This document shows positions 7,064 to 14,725 of a stretch of DNA of 20,000 nucleotides, piece after piece. A model generated the notes under the pieces. It was not told the origin of the DNA, searched no databases, and saw only the letters and a program-made list of their open reading frames with translations. Made by a program: the position numbers and the translations under genes. Origin of the DNA: an uncultured virus (IMG/VR IMGVR_UViG_3300037067_003438) (Duplodnaviria; Heunggongvirae; Uroviricota; Caudoviricetes); the IMG/VR virus record IMGVR_UViG_3300037067_003438; one strand, 5' to 3'. Each line of letters opens with the position of its first letter. Within the stretch, counting starts at the first letter, position 1.

Positions 7064-7359
7064 CTAAAAAACGCCAAATATTCATCATCTTCTACATAAA
7101 TACCACACCGACATAATTCCTCAATTTGTTCTGGAGTAATATCTATTTCAGCTAATTCATCAATAGTAGTATCTAAATAAATAACATCGTGTTCAGAACC
7201 AGAAATTATATTATCTTTGTTTAGCCATTCTATAAGACGGAGCATACCGTGTATTGCTTTATCCTTTGATAATTTGGGATTAACCATATCCCATTCCCCC
7301 CACGCCGTACCCTCGGAATATTGTTCAAAAGTTGCTAGAATTTGATTGTAGTCTTTCAT
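7060..7359 (-). CDS. Acidic phage hypothetical protein
   Basis: IISGSEHDVIYL...EQIEELCRCG motif; RBS present. Confidence 0.75.
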   Translation of the reverse strand: MKDYNQILATFEQYSEGTAWGEWDMVNPKLSKDKAIHGMLRLIEWLNKDNIISGSEHDVIYLDTTIDELAEIDITPEQIEELCRCGIYVEDDEYLAFFS

Positions 7360-7560
7360 TTATACTTCCTTATGTAATTCTTCTGTCCAATTAAAATTTA
7401 TTTCATTACACAATGGGCATCTTACACAACAATCCCCCGAAAATGCCGACTTAAACATATCATTATTGTCAAATTCAAATAATGTATCACATTTAGCACA
7501 CGTACATCGTTTGACATATTCATATATTCGTGGGATTTTACCTTCTTTAATTATCCGCAT
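7360..7560 (-). CDS. Zinc-ribbon protein
   Basis: MRIIKEG...CxxC.T.FEF...CPxC. Confidence 0.75.
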   Translation of the reverse strand: MRIIKEGKIPRIYEYVKRCTCAKCDTLFEFDNNDMFKSAFSGDCCVRCPLCNEINFNWTEELHKEV

Positions 7561-7580
7561 AAGTAAATTTCCATTAAATT

Positions 7581-7657
7581 AAAAACCGATAGGGCATACT
7601 TGGGTTTCACAGCTAGCATTACCCTTAATAAGCGAGCAGTATGCTCTACTATCGGTT
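7581..7657 (-). ncRNA. Long stem-loop with structured loop and 3' U-run (terminator/attenuator or ncRNA candidate)
   Basis: AACCGATAG..AGCATACT / AGTATGCC-CTATCGGTT stem of about 17 bp, ending in T5. Confidence 0.45.
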
Positions 7658-7668
7658 ATATGTTTGTA

Positions 7669-7926
7669 TTACTTAATAATTGTTAGTTTTTCACCAATGG
7701 GAAGATCTTCTACTGTGATATGCTCCCCCCACTTAGTATAGTAAATACCCCGCGTCATATTAACTAATACCAAATGTGTTCCCAAGGTATTATCGACGCA
7801 ATATAGAATATCGCCAGTTTTTACCGTATCACAATCCAGGGCGTGTATCGCTCTAACAAATGTTCTGGGTTGAATTTTATCTAGTGTATATATATTGGAT
7901 TGTGTTGAATTTAATACCAATTTCAT
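7669..7926 (-). CDS. Hypothetical protein, divergent member of paralog family B
   Basis: MKL...GDIL...VEDLPIGEKLTI resembles 15831-16085, 17053-17313 and 17483-17737. Confidence 0.7.
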   Translation of the reverse strand: MKLVLNSTQSNIYTLDKIQPRTFVRAIHALDCDTVKTGDILYCVDNTLGTHLVLVNMTRGIYYTKWGEHITVEDLPIGEKLTIIK

Positions 7927-7944
7927 AATATAATTTTCCCAATT

Positions 7945-8115
7945 TTATTCTTGATAAATATAGTGATTAGCAATAGTCGAACGTGTGCGTAAACGAGACA
8001 GACGATGATCTTGATGTGTCCCACTGCCCGATCTGTGTGGTTGGTGCCCACGAATTACCCTAGCGGGATTGGAGGGGACGAGGATAATGCGGATTGTTTT
8101 GCGTCTTGTTGACAT
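7945..8115 (-). CDS. Small basic Arg/His-rich protein, 56 aa
   Basis: Hand-translated MSTRRKTIRIILVPSNPARVIRGHQPHRSGSGTHQDHRLSRLRTRSTIANHYIYQE; fills a gap. Confidence 0.55.
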   Translation of the reverse strand: MSTRRKTIRIILVPSNPARVIRGHQPHRSGSGTHQDHRLSRLRTRSTIANHYIYQE

Positions 8116-8330
8116 GCTTCTATGACATTTTTAAGTGTTTTATGATAAATAATCTGTCCAGCACCGTTGGTTATGAGATTGGGAATGGTGTAATGTCTTG
8201 TTTTACCGCCTTTTGTGACGAATTTGTTAATACGATAACTCTTGTGGGCAGTATGGAAATAGCCAGTGTAGTAAAATTCTAGCGTTTTTCCAAACGGGGC
8301 AACTGTGCGTTTGTACCATGTAATGTTCAT
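8055..8330 (-). CDS. Hypothetical protein, possibly leaderless
   Basis: ATG 7 nt downstream of the -10 of promoter copy 7. Confidence 0.65.
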   Translation of the reverse strand: MNITWYKRTVAPFGKTLEFYYTGYFHTAHKSYRINKFVTKGGKTRHYTIPNLITNGAGQIIYHKTLKNVIEACQQDAKQSALSSSPPIPLG

Positions 8331-8336
8331 AATGAT

Positions 8337-8364
8337 ATTATATGTTCTTAAACCTACTTGTCAA
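8337..8364 (-). promoter_or_regulatory. Promoter repeat, copy 7
   Basis: TTGACA agtaggtttaagaaca TATAAT. Confidence 0.85.
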
Positions 8365-8365
8365 G

Positions 8366-8503
8366 TCAAATTATGTCGGCGTCATCCACATAAGGATAGT
8401 CAGTATAGGCATCATAATACTCATCATTATCATCTTCGTCGTCAAAATCATCATACAAATCATCATTATAATTATCAAGATTGTAGTCATAGTCACTCGA
8501 CAT
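8366..8503 (-). CDS. Hyper-acidic Asp/Tyr-rich peptide, 45 aa
   Basis: MSSDYDYNLDNYNDDLYDDFDDEDDNDEYYDAYTDYPYVDDADII with AGGAG RBS. Confidence 0.7.
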   Translation of the reverse strand: MSSDYDYNLDNYNDDLYDDFDDEDDNDEYYDAYTDYPYVDDADII

Positions 8504-8527
8504 AATTATTTCTCCTAATTAAATGTG

Positions 8528-8818
8528 CTAACATTTCTTTGTTAATTCGTGCAATGGAAATTTTACACCTAAATCTTTTTCCAATTCGGGGGCTTTCCAT
8601 CCGACCCATCTTATTACAGCAAAAACTTCCCTGCCCCGATTTTCAAATTTTGTTATAACCCCATAGGATTGCTTGGACGATGCCCATTCTGACCTTACAT
8701 ACACCCTATCATTTATTTTGAAATTATTGTTTATTTTTTTTATAATTTTTATTGGAGTGGAAATATTATCCCATTGATTTAATATATCTTCTAGGACAAT
8801 TCCGATGTTTTTTCCCAT
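8528..8818 (-). CDS. SH3/KOW-like small protein
   Basis: FKINDRVYV...GVI...AVIRW...L.EL; ATG 8818 after AAGGTG. Confidence 0.6.
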   Translation of the reverse strand: MGKNIGIVLEDILNQWDNISTPIKIIKKINNNFKINDRVYVRSEWASSKQSYGVITKFENRGREVFAVIRWVGWKAPELEKDLGVKFPLHELTKKC

Positions 8819-8841
8819 AATATTATTATACACCTTTTGGC

Positions 8842-9498
8842 TTAATATTCACCAAGCGGGTCGATATTTAATTTCCACAATTCACTATTTTCGGTGATAT
8901 ATTTTACTGCCACCTCTTCTTCAATTTCATAATATTCGGAATTATTGATAATATCATAACAGTTTTGCGGACTTCTTTCAGGAAGTATTGTTGCATAAAA
9001 TGATACAATATTATATTTATCGTCTATCCTTTGGATATAATTATGTAATCGGCAATGTCTATACCATTTAAATTTGGCTGGTTCGGGTCTGGCTAGTAAT
9101 TCCAGGACACCATATACCTTATCTAAAAACAATTGAATTTGTGGGGGAATGGTGGGTAGTAGTTCCCAAACTTTAGTGTCGGTGCTATACTTTACGCAGT
9201 TTAGTGCCGAATAATTAAACCGAAAATCATGCGTAAACCATAAAAAATAATTTTCTGTTAATTGTACCTTATAAAAATTTGGTACACAATAAGATGGATA
9301 AGAAGTAATCCACCTATAGCACACTGGATATTGTAGCACTTCTGGCTTTACACGATAATCATAATTAACCCAATCCCAATGTGGATCTGATGTATCTACC
9401 CATTCTGCTTCTGGACTATATCTATATTTATATTGAATTGGCTTATGATTTTCGTCATATTCCTGCATTACGGCAATTTGTTCTTTAAGTGTTTTCAT
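8842..9498 (-). CDS. Phage hypothetical protein with PxWxW...YRVKP motif
   Basis: MKTLKEQIAVMQ...WVDTSDPHWDWVNYDYRVKPE; ATG 9498 after AGGA. Confidence 0.75.
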   Translation of the reverse strand: MKTLKEQIAVMQEYDENHKPIQYKYRYSPEAEWVDTSDPHWDWVNYDYRVKPEVLQYPVCYRWITSYPSYCVPNFYKVQLTENYFLWFTHDFRFNYSALNCVKYSTDTKVWELLPTIPPQIQLFLDKVYGVLELLARPEPAKFKWYRHCRLHNYIQRIDDKYNIVSFYATILPERSPQNCYDIINNSEYYEIEEEVAVKYITENSELWKLNIDPLGEY

Positions 9499-9521
9499 TT
9501 TGAATATTCCTAGTGGCTTAA

Positions 9522-9710
9522 TTAACGTTTTGTGCAATATGGGCACAATACCTGGACGGGATTAGTAAAAAAAAGAATTCTCCATCCTTGGGAACGATAA
9601 AATTCTATTCTTGAATCTACATCATGTGGGTCAATTTCTTCTTTTATTCCCCTGGTACATTCTTGACACGAAAAATCTAATGTAGTGTGAACACTAATAG
9701 ACATGTTCAT
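9522..9710 (-). CDS. Small zinc-finger protein
   Basis: CxxC...GW...CPxC. Confidence 0.7.
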   Translation of the reverse strand: MNMSISVHTTLDFSCQECTRGIKEEIDPHDVDSRIEFYRSQGWRILFFTNPVQVLCPYCTKR

Positions 9711-9927
9711 ATTCCTTTACAATACGTTCGTGTGTTTCAACGTAAAATTTTCCATTAATTATATCATACAAACTAAATTCTACTTTATGTTCAACGCTAC
9801 CGTTCGTATCCCTATACAGCAATTGTAGAGGAACATTTTCGTCCCAGTCCAGAACTGTTTGGCTAAGTTTACGTATAATATCTCTAGCTGTCATTCTTGT
9901 TCTACCTTTGTTTGGGGTTTTACCCAT
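9694..9927 (-). CDS. Hypothetical protein (start may be ATG 9894)
   Basis: ORF overlapping both neighbours; ATGA coupling at 9891-9894. Confidence 0.6.
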   Translation of the reverse strand: MGKTPNKGRTRMTARDIIRKLSQTVLDWDENVPLQLLYRDTNGSVEHKVEFSLYDIINGKFYVETHERIVKEYEHVY

Positions 9928-10082
9928 ATTACACGGTTGACTTCTACCTTTTGGACATAACCTTTTTCCATTGCTTTTAAGGATAGGTTATAGCTATATC
10001 CCTGGTCTATACAAAACGCCATACAAAATAATCCAGCAAGAACACAAACCAGGATTACAAAATTCCGCCAATCGTCATCCAT
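9891..10082 (-). CDS. Small membrane protein
   Basis: N-terminal hydrophobic helix, then AMEKGYVQ...W motif. Confidence 0.7.
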   Translation of the reverse strand: MDDDWRNFVILVCVLAGLFCMAFCIDQGYSYNLSLKAMEKGYVQKVEVNRVIWVKPQTKVEQE

Positions 10083-10084
10083 TG

Positions 10085-10807
10085 TTATTTTCCTGTTAAA
10101 AAGAGTTGATTTGAATTAGCACTATGAATTGGTTTATTTAGCGGAACATTATTTCCTGCCTGATAACCAGCCTGATAAGCATTATTATTTATTTTGGTCG
10201 TCGTTGTAGCCTGACGATGTTTAATTCCTAAATTTAGTAGAGCGAATTCCTTATCCCGTTTTTGATTTTTCAGTACAACTAGAGAGGTACAACCGCTAAC
10301 ATACTGATTTTTGCGTAGTTTCAGCATTTCCTCAAGACGGCGGGCAAGACGAATAACCATTCCCTTTTGAAATGACGTACTGACAGTTTTACTACAAGAA
10401 TTAAATGCCCGATATTGTTCAGTCTTAAACTTTACGGTTTCATTTTCAATAGCCTGATAAATTAATTGATATAAATGTTTAGCCATCATTACATCGGTGG
10501 GCATACCAAAGAAATAATAGGACAACCCATCTTTGCCATACCTATCCTGCCAAATTTTACAATCACAAAAATCGGCAATAGCCACACAACAAAAACGAAT
10601 GGGGTGCCCATTACGTCGCCCAGTTTTCACGGTATCAGACACACAACTTGTTTGTTCGACAAAAATTTTATCCAGGGTAAGGTTGTAGGCTTTCAGTAAA
10701 TTGTCCACTTTGGCGGCGGCTGACAATGCCTCTGCCTCTGTACAACCCCTATCAGTTGTTTTGTTAGACAATTCTCGAATGATTTTAACGATGGTTTCGC
10801 GGTCCAT
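10085..10807 (-). CDS. DUF2786 domain-containing protein
   Basis: KIIRELSNK...GCTEAEALSAAAKVDNLLKAYNL N-terminus; FFG...D, SFQKG...RL and AYQAGYQAG motifs; the track start lies in the promoter, and ATG 10807 follows AGGA. Confidence 0.8.
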   Translation of the reverse strand: MDRETIVKIIRELSNKTTDRGCTEAEALSAAAKVDNLLKAYNLTLDKIFVEQTSCVSDTVKTGRRNGHPIRFCCVAIADFCDCKIWQDRYGKDGLSYYFFGMPTDVMMAKHLYQLIYQAIENETVKFKTEQYRAFNSCSKTVSTSFQKGMVIRLARRLEEMLKLRKNQYVSGCTSLVVLKNQKRDKEFALLNLGIKHRQATTTTKINNNAYQAGYQAGNNVPLNKPIHSANSNQLFLTGK

Positions 10808-10850
10808 TTGTGTGTCCTGCGGTAGATGGATTGAATTGTTCACTACCACC

Positions 10851-10878
10851 ATTATACATTCTTAAACGCATCTGTCAA
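10851..10878 (-). promoter_or_regulatory. Promoter repeat, copy 8
   Basis: TTGACA gatgcgtttaagaatg TATAAT. Confidence 0.85.
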
Positions 10879-10879
10879 T

Positions 10880-11134
10880 TTATTTTGGTTCCGTTTCATA
10901 CCCAAAACACTTTTTTGTTAATTCTACAATAATTTGTGGGTATGGTTTTTCTATTCTACTGCCATATTGGTGATAAACCATTCTATGATAGATAGTACAT
11001 ACCACTAATTGGTAGCCACTTTCGGCTTCTACATAATCCCCAATCTTGGGGCAGGTGACAAAATCGGTGGGCCATGTCTCCCTACGCCCATCGTCGATAT
11101 TGGTATGACAACAATATCTTTGTTGATTAAACAT
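10880..11134 (-). CDS. Phage hypothetical protein
   Basis: C.TN.D....WP..F...P.IGD...L.V...H...VEL pattern. Confidence 0.7.
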   Translation of the reverse strand: MFNQQRYCCHTNIDDGRRETWPTDFVTCPKIGDYVEAESGYQLVVCTIYHRMVYHQYGSRIEKPYPQIIVELTKKCFGYETEPK

Positions 11135-11537
11135 GCTTATATTTTTCCTGTAATTGAGCTAGTTCTGTTTGTTTTTGGGCTATTTGGTGGGCAAGATTTT
11201 CTTTTAATGCTAGAACATTTTTTTGGACAACTATTGTCACCATATCAGATACAAACTGGTAAAGGTGTGACATTGTGCTAGAACATCCTGCGTCATAATG
11301 TGTTGTTTGTTCCCATAATTTAGAACACATCAAGGCATATTCTGGATCATAATTATCATTATTATAATCGGGGTTTTTCTTAATAGTGGGGTATTGATAA
11401 ATTTCTTGAACTAATCTATCAGATGGATGAGACATTAACCAGACAAGAAACTTGAGTTTATTTGACTCAATATCTATCCAAAAGGTATTATTAGTTTTCA
11501 CTAATTTTTCATAATCAATACAGGATGAGGTAGACAT
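11127..11537 (-). CDS. Hypothetical protein with C-terminal coiled coil
   Basis: 136-aa ORF coupled to its neighbours. Confidence 0.7.
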   Translation of the reverse strand: MSTSSCIDYEKLVKTNNTFWIDIESNKLKFLVWLMSHPSDRLVQEIYQYPTIKKNPDYNNDNYDPEYALMCSKLWEQTTHYDAGCSSTMSHLYQFVSDMVTIVVQKNVLALKENLAHQIAQKQTELAQLQEKYKHV

Positions 11538-11731
11538 TACCAGCCCTCCGGTATATATTTTTCTGGAACATATTGGATAATTAACTTTTGTGCTTCTGAT
11601 ACTTCTAAATCGGACATACCAATCATTCCCGCTAACACACCCAACATTATCAATTTGCCCGTATTGGGCTCGATATTGTAATATTCCAGTCTTTGTGCAA
11701 AAGATTTAATAACACAATCGTCTTCCCACAT
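11537..11731 (-). CDS. Hypothetical protein, paralog family C
   Basis: L.YY.I..NTGK....G...G...M...I..YVP.KY.PE shared with 11881-12102; GAGG RBS. Confidence 0.75.
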   Translation of the reverse strand: MWEDDCVIKSFAQRLEYYNIEPNTGKLIMLGVLAGMIGMSDLEVSEAQKLIIQYVPEKYIPEGW

Positions 11732-11747
11732 GGCAAACCTCTTTCTT

Positions 11748-11870
11748 AAAAAGAAACCCCTCGCTGGTCCATCCTAAAATCAGATATTTAACACGATTAT
11801 TTCTGATTTATTATCGGGCTATCCATTTTTCTGTCATTTGGAAGCGGTCATTGCTGTACCGCAGAGGGGC
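11748..11870 (-). ncRNA. Multi-stem structured RNA candidate
   Basis: Closing stem GCCCCTC/GAGGGGT encloses three hairpins and is followed by TTCTTTTT. Confidence 0.45.
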
Positions 11871-11880
11871 GTAGATAAAC

Positions 11881-12102
11881 CTAAAATTCTTCTGGAAAAT
11901 ATTTTACCGGAATATACGGACGGATAATTTCTTTGACCATATCTAATTTAGCTCCGGTCATTGCCATAATTCCACAAATTATTCCACACACCATATCCTT
12001 ACCTGTGTTATCAGGTATGGAATATTCAATAAGATTTTCCATATACACTTCGATAAATTGGGGATACCATTCATTCCTATAGATACCAGCCTGCTTATTC
12101 AT
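11881..12102 (-). CDS. Hypothetical protein, paralog family C
   Basis: Similar to 11537-11731; AAGGAAAG RBS. Confidence 0.75.
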   Translation of the reverse strand: MNKQAGIYRNEWYPQFIEVYMENLIEYSIPDNTGKDMVCGIICGIMAMTGAKLDMVKEIIRPYIPVKYFPEEF

Positions 12103-12121
12103 ATTACTTTCCTTTATTCAA

Positions 12122-12149
12122 ATTATATGTTCTTAAACCGGTTTGTCAA
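12122..12149 (-). promoter_or_regulatory. Promoter repeat, copy 9
   Basis: TTGACA aaccggtttaagaaca TATAAT. Confidence 0.85.
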
Positions 12150-12167
12150 GAGAAATTCATGCGGCAT

Positions 12168-12872
12168 TCATTCGGTTGCCATCAACATTTTGTGCGTTAG
12201 ACGATCAATTGCCTTTTCATATAATTGTCTAACATTTTCTTTAGTACACCCTAATTTATTTCCAATACTTTCTAGGGTTTCGCCATTTAGACGACTTTTT
12301 ACGATATCTTGTGTGCGTTGCGGTAATTGGTCAATAAATTTGTGGAGTAAAATATGTTCTTCATTTTGTACTATCTTATGTAGAATATCATCATTATATG
12401 TTATTTCGTTTTGTCTATTTATTAAACTATGAGATTTCTTAGCATTTTTAACTTCTTTAATATGTTTGTATGGATTTTCCTTCGTGTGTTTACTGGCAAG
12501 CCATGCCGCGACTTTGGGAATATGAATAATAGAAAGATTTGTGTCTAAATAGTGAAGAATATGTTTACGAATATAAATTGTTGCCCACGTACTCAACATA
12601 CCTTGTGCCGGATCGTAACTATCAACAGCCTCAATAATACCCACCAAACCCACTTCGGTTAAAGTTTCTATATCTATTTGCCCATTATCCCTAAATTTTT
12701 TAGCAAAAGTGTTTGCAATATTGATATTTAATGGAATAACAGAAAAAATTAGGTTCTCTCTAGCGGTTTGATCGCCCTGTTGAGCCCGCTCTTTTAATAA
12801 TGTTAATTCTGCGTGGGTGTAGACATGACATTTTCCTGATATTGTTTTTTTGAAAATATCCATACAATCCAT
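12168..12872 (-). CDS. Phage-encoded RNA polymerase sigma-70 family sigma factor
   Basis: AQQGDQTARENLI (r1.2/2.1); GLVGIIEAVDSYDP...LSTWATIYIR...IIHIP (r2); LPQRTQDIV...GETLESIGNKLGCTKENVRQLYEKAIDRL (r4 HTH). Confidence 0.92.
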   Translation of the reverse strand: MDCMDIFKKTISGKCHVYTHAELTLLKERAQQGDQTARENLIFSVIPLNINIANTFAKKFRDNGQIDIETLTEVGLVGIIEAVDSYDPAQGMLSTWATIYIRKHILHYLDTNLSIIHIPKVAAWLASKHTKENPYKHIKEVKNAKKSHSLINRQNEITYNDDILHKIVQNEEHILLHKFIDQLPQRTQDIVKSRLNGETLESIGNKLGCTKENVRQLYEKAIDRLTHKMLMATE

Positions 12873-12896
12873 TAGTAATTTCCTTTAATAAGATAG

Positions 12897-13064
12897 TCAA
12901 TCAGTGGATAGTTCTTTTTGAATTTTAATATCAGCAATATTTACGGTAATTTTTTTATCACCCTGCCTGAATGTTATGTCATTTACCCCAAAAGAGATAG
13001 GCTTACCAGTGTAGGTATTACCCTCAAAAGTATAGACATAAGTTTCGCTGAAAGAAATTTTCAT
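12897..13064 (-). CDS. Hypothetical protein, 55 aa (MKISFSETYVYTFEGNTYTGK...)
   Basis: Hand-translated ORF filling a gap; beta-rich; weak RBS. Confidence 0.5.
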   Translation of the reverse strand: MKISFSETYVYTFEGNTYTGKPISFGVNDITFRQGDKKITVNIADIKIQKELSTD

Positions 13065-13106
13065 AGTATTGAGGCTTATAACGAGGGGTTAGATAGGAAT
13101 ATATTA

Positions 13107-13307
13107 TTACCATCCAATTGCTTTACTAATTTCTGAAGTAAACCCGCCCAAACTCTTAAATCGGGCATTAAAGTACTCGAACAAAGGTAGTCTATCATCA
13201 AAATATGGATGCCCGCTGGGGGTAAACCGCCACATACGAGCCATTTCAAATTGACTCATCTTATCGATCTTCATTTTTTCTTGTTCAATTTCCTGGGGCG
13301 ACATCAT
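13107..13307 (-). CDS. Phage hypothetical protein
   Basis: IDKMS...ARMWRF.P.GHPYF...GGFT.EISKAIGW motif; GAGG RBS. Confidence 0.75.
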   Translation of the reverse strand: MMSPQEIEQEKMKIDKMSQFEMARMWRFTPSGHPYFDDRLPLFEYFNARFKSLGGFTSEISKAIGW

Positions 13308-13512
13308 TTTTTTCCTCTAGTTCTTGTTCTTGGAGTATTTCTACCAAAAAATTAAATGTTTTAGTGGGTAATCCTTTGCTTACAATATAATTTTCGGGAA
13401 AAACAATATGTCCACCTTTATATATATTACAGAAAGAAATATTATTGCTATTTATAATACGAATAACGTCATCGTCTGAATCAGTCCAACTTTTTTCTAC
13501 AACTATTTTCAT
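13285..13512 (-). CDS. Hypothetical protein
   Basis: 75-aa ORF with AAGGAAAA RBS. Confidence 0.65.
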   Translation of the reverse strand: MKIVVEKSWTDSDDDVIRIINSNNISFCNIYKGGHIVFPENYIVSKGLPTKTFNFLVEILQEQELEEKNDVAPGN

Positions 13513-13523
13513 AATTATTTTCC

Positions 13524-13727
13524 TTAAATATTCTTCAATAGTTTACGAATTTCTCTGGCTAATTCGTTAAGAGTATATGATACGTCATCCTCCCATACCG
13601 ATCCTTCACCGTCGAACACGTAACCACCCTGTACTTCTGCTGTTTCTATCACAATGGCAATAGCCTCAACAACTTCGGGTGATAATTGTGCAATTTTGGC
13701 TAGTGCCCGATCTCTTAATGTCAACAT
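13524..13727 (-). CDS. Hypothetical protein
   Basis: 67-aa ORF with RBS, first gene after promoter copy 10. Confidence 0.7.
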   Translation of the reverse strand: MLTLRDRALAKIAQLSPEVVEAIAIVIETAEVQGGYVFDGEGSVWEDDVSYTLNELAREIRKLLKNI

Positions 13728-13750
13728 TTTATTTTTCCTACAATATAACC

Positions 13751-13779
13751 ATTATACATTCTATAGGTTGGTTTGTCAA
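13751..13779 (-). promoter_or_regulatory. Promoter repeat, copy 10 (the only one with a 17-bp spacer)
   Basis: TTGACA aaccaacctatagaatg TATAAT. Confidence 0.85.
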
Positions 13780-13794
13780 GAGAAAATTTAGCAT

Positions 13795-14019
13795 TCAGGG
13801 CGAATTAAACTTTCTGGAATAATCCCTAAAATCAATAGAGGAAATTTTACTAAAGGGAAACCCACCAATGGGGGTTTTTGAGCTTAAACCCTTACTATCC
13901 TTCATTTCAAATCTAAATGCCCCACTAATCATTCTATCGTCCATACTTTCAATCTTGACATAATATGTGGACCCCCACTTGATTTTGACAACACGTCCGA
14001 CCATCGAATAATTGTCCAT
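13795..14019 (-). CDS. Small Sm/SH3-like hypothetical protein
   Basis: MVGRVVKI...FPFSKISSI; GGGAG RBS. Confidence 0.6.
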   Translation of the reverse strand: MDNYSMVGRVVKIKWGSTYYVKIESMDDRMISGAFRFEMKDSKGLSSKTPIGGFPFSKISSIDFRDYSRKFNSP

Positions 14020-14044
14020 TGTTTTACTCCCTAACTAACTTATT

Positions 14045-14200
14045 TTATTCATCATCATAATCGCTATCGGCACAATTCCACCCCTCTAACCATAATTCAA
14101 AATCTTCACTATCTTCGGGGTAGGGGTTATCATCACGTTTAATTGAAAGGGTATAGGCATTATAACCCTTTTCCCATGGTGGATTATTCAACAAACGCAT
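14045..14200 (-). CDS. Rmf/CrpP-fold small protein, 51 aa
   Basis: EKGYNAY...DNPYP......WLEGW; ATG 14200 after GAGG. Confidence 0.65.
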   Translation of the reverse strand: MRLLNNPPWEKGYNAYTLSIKRDDNPYPEDSEDFELWLEGWNCADSDYDDE

Positions 14201-14204
14201 GATA

Positions 14205-14414
14205 TTAAGCCTCAAAATAGAATACGGGTTGTGGATACTTTTCGTCAAAAGGTGCGTCAGGATCTTTTTCCGCCATACAATCCTTGATAAATTCTGACAT
14301 AGAAAAATATTCAATATCATCGGGTTTACTAATTATTCCAATACTAATATCGGTGTCGAGCATATCATTAGTTAACTCAGTATTCAAGATTGTTCGCAAT
14401 TCGCGGTAGGTCAT
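14205..14414 (-). CDS. Acidic phage hypothetical protein
   Basis: MTYREL...L....LD.DI.I...EYF pattern; AAGGGG RBS. Confidence 0.7.
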   Translation of the reverse strand: MTYRELRTILNTELTNDMLDTDISIGIISKPDDIEYFSMSEFIKDCMAEKDPDAPFDEKYPQPVFYFEA

Positions 14415-14473
14415 TTCTCTAACCCCTTATGTGGACAGGTCTTAAACTTATTGGGTGTTCAATCTATTCCTAT

Positions 14474-14501
14474 ATTATACATTCTCCAGGCGATTTGTCA
14501 A
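14474..14501 (-). promoter_or_regulatory. Promoter repeat, copy 11
   Basis: TTGACA aatcgcctggagaatg TATAAT. Confidence 0.85.
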
Positions 14502-14512
14502 ATGGATTTTTT

Positions 14513-14707
14513 CTAGGTATTTCGCTCTATGACATCAGAGATATCTACCCAAAATTCTCCCTCTACCAAATCCACCACATTAACCTGAACCCTGGAAACA
14601 TGCTTATGATTCCACGTATCAGTAATAATTCCTGGAATTTGAATTCTTGCGGTTGGATTACTGGGTGGCGACATAATAACGAAAACTTTTTGTAAAGGAG
14701 TGAACAT
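14513..14707 (-). CDS. Small SH3-like protein
   Basis: F...QKVFV...GII...V....FWV..SDV; RBS. Confidence 0.6.
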   Translation of the reverse strand: MFTPLQKVFVIMSPPSNPTARIQIPGIITDTWNHKHVSRVQVNVVDLVEGEFWVDISDVIERNT

Positions 14708-14725
14708 AATTTTTCCTTTAATTAT

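Noticed and set aside
3591..7601. Shared 10-mer AAGTATGCCC between the 3590 and 7590 hairpins
   Set aside because: It lies in opposite orientation relative to transcription and there are only two instances, so it is probably coincidental.
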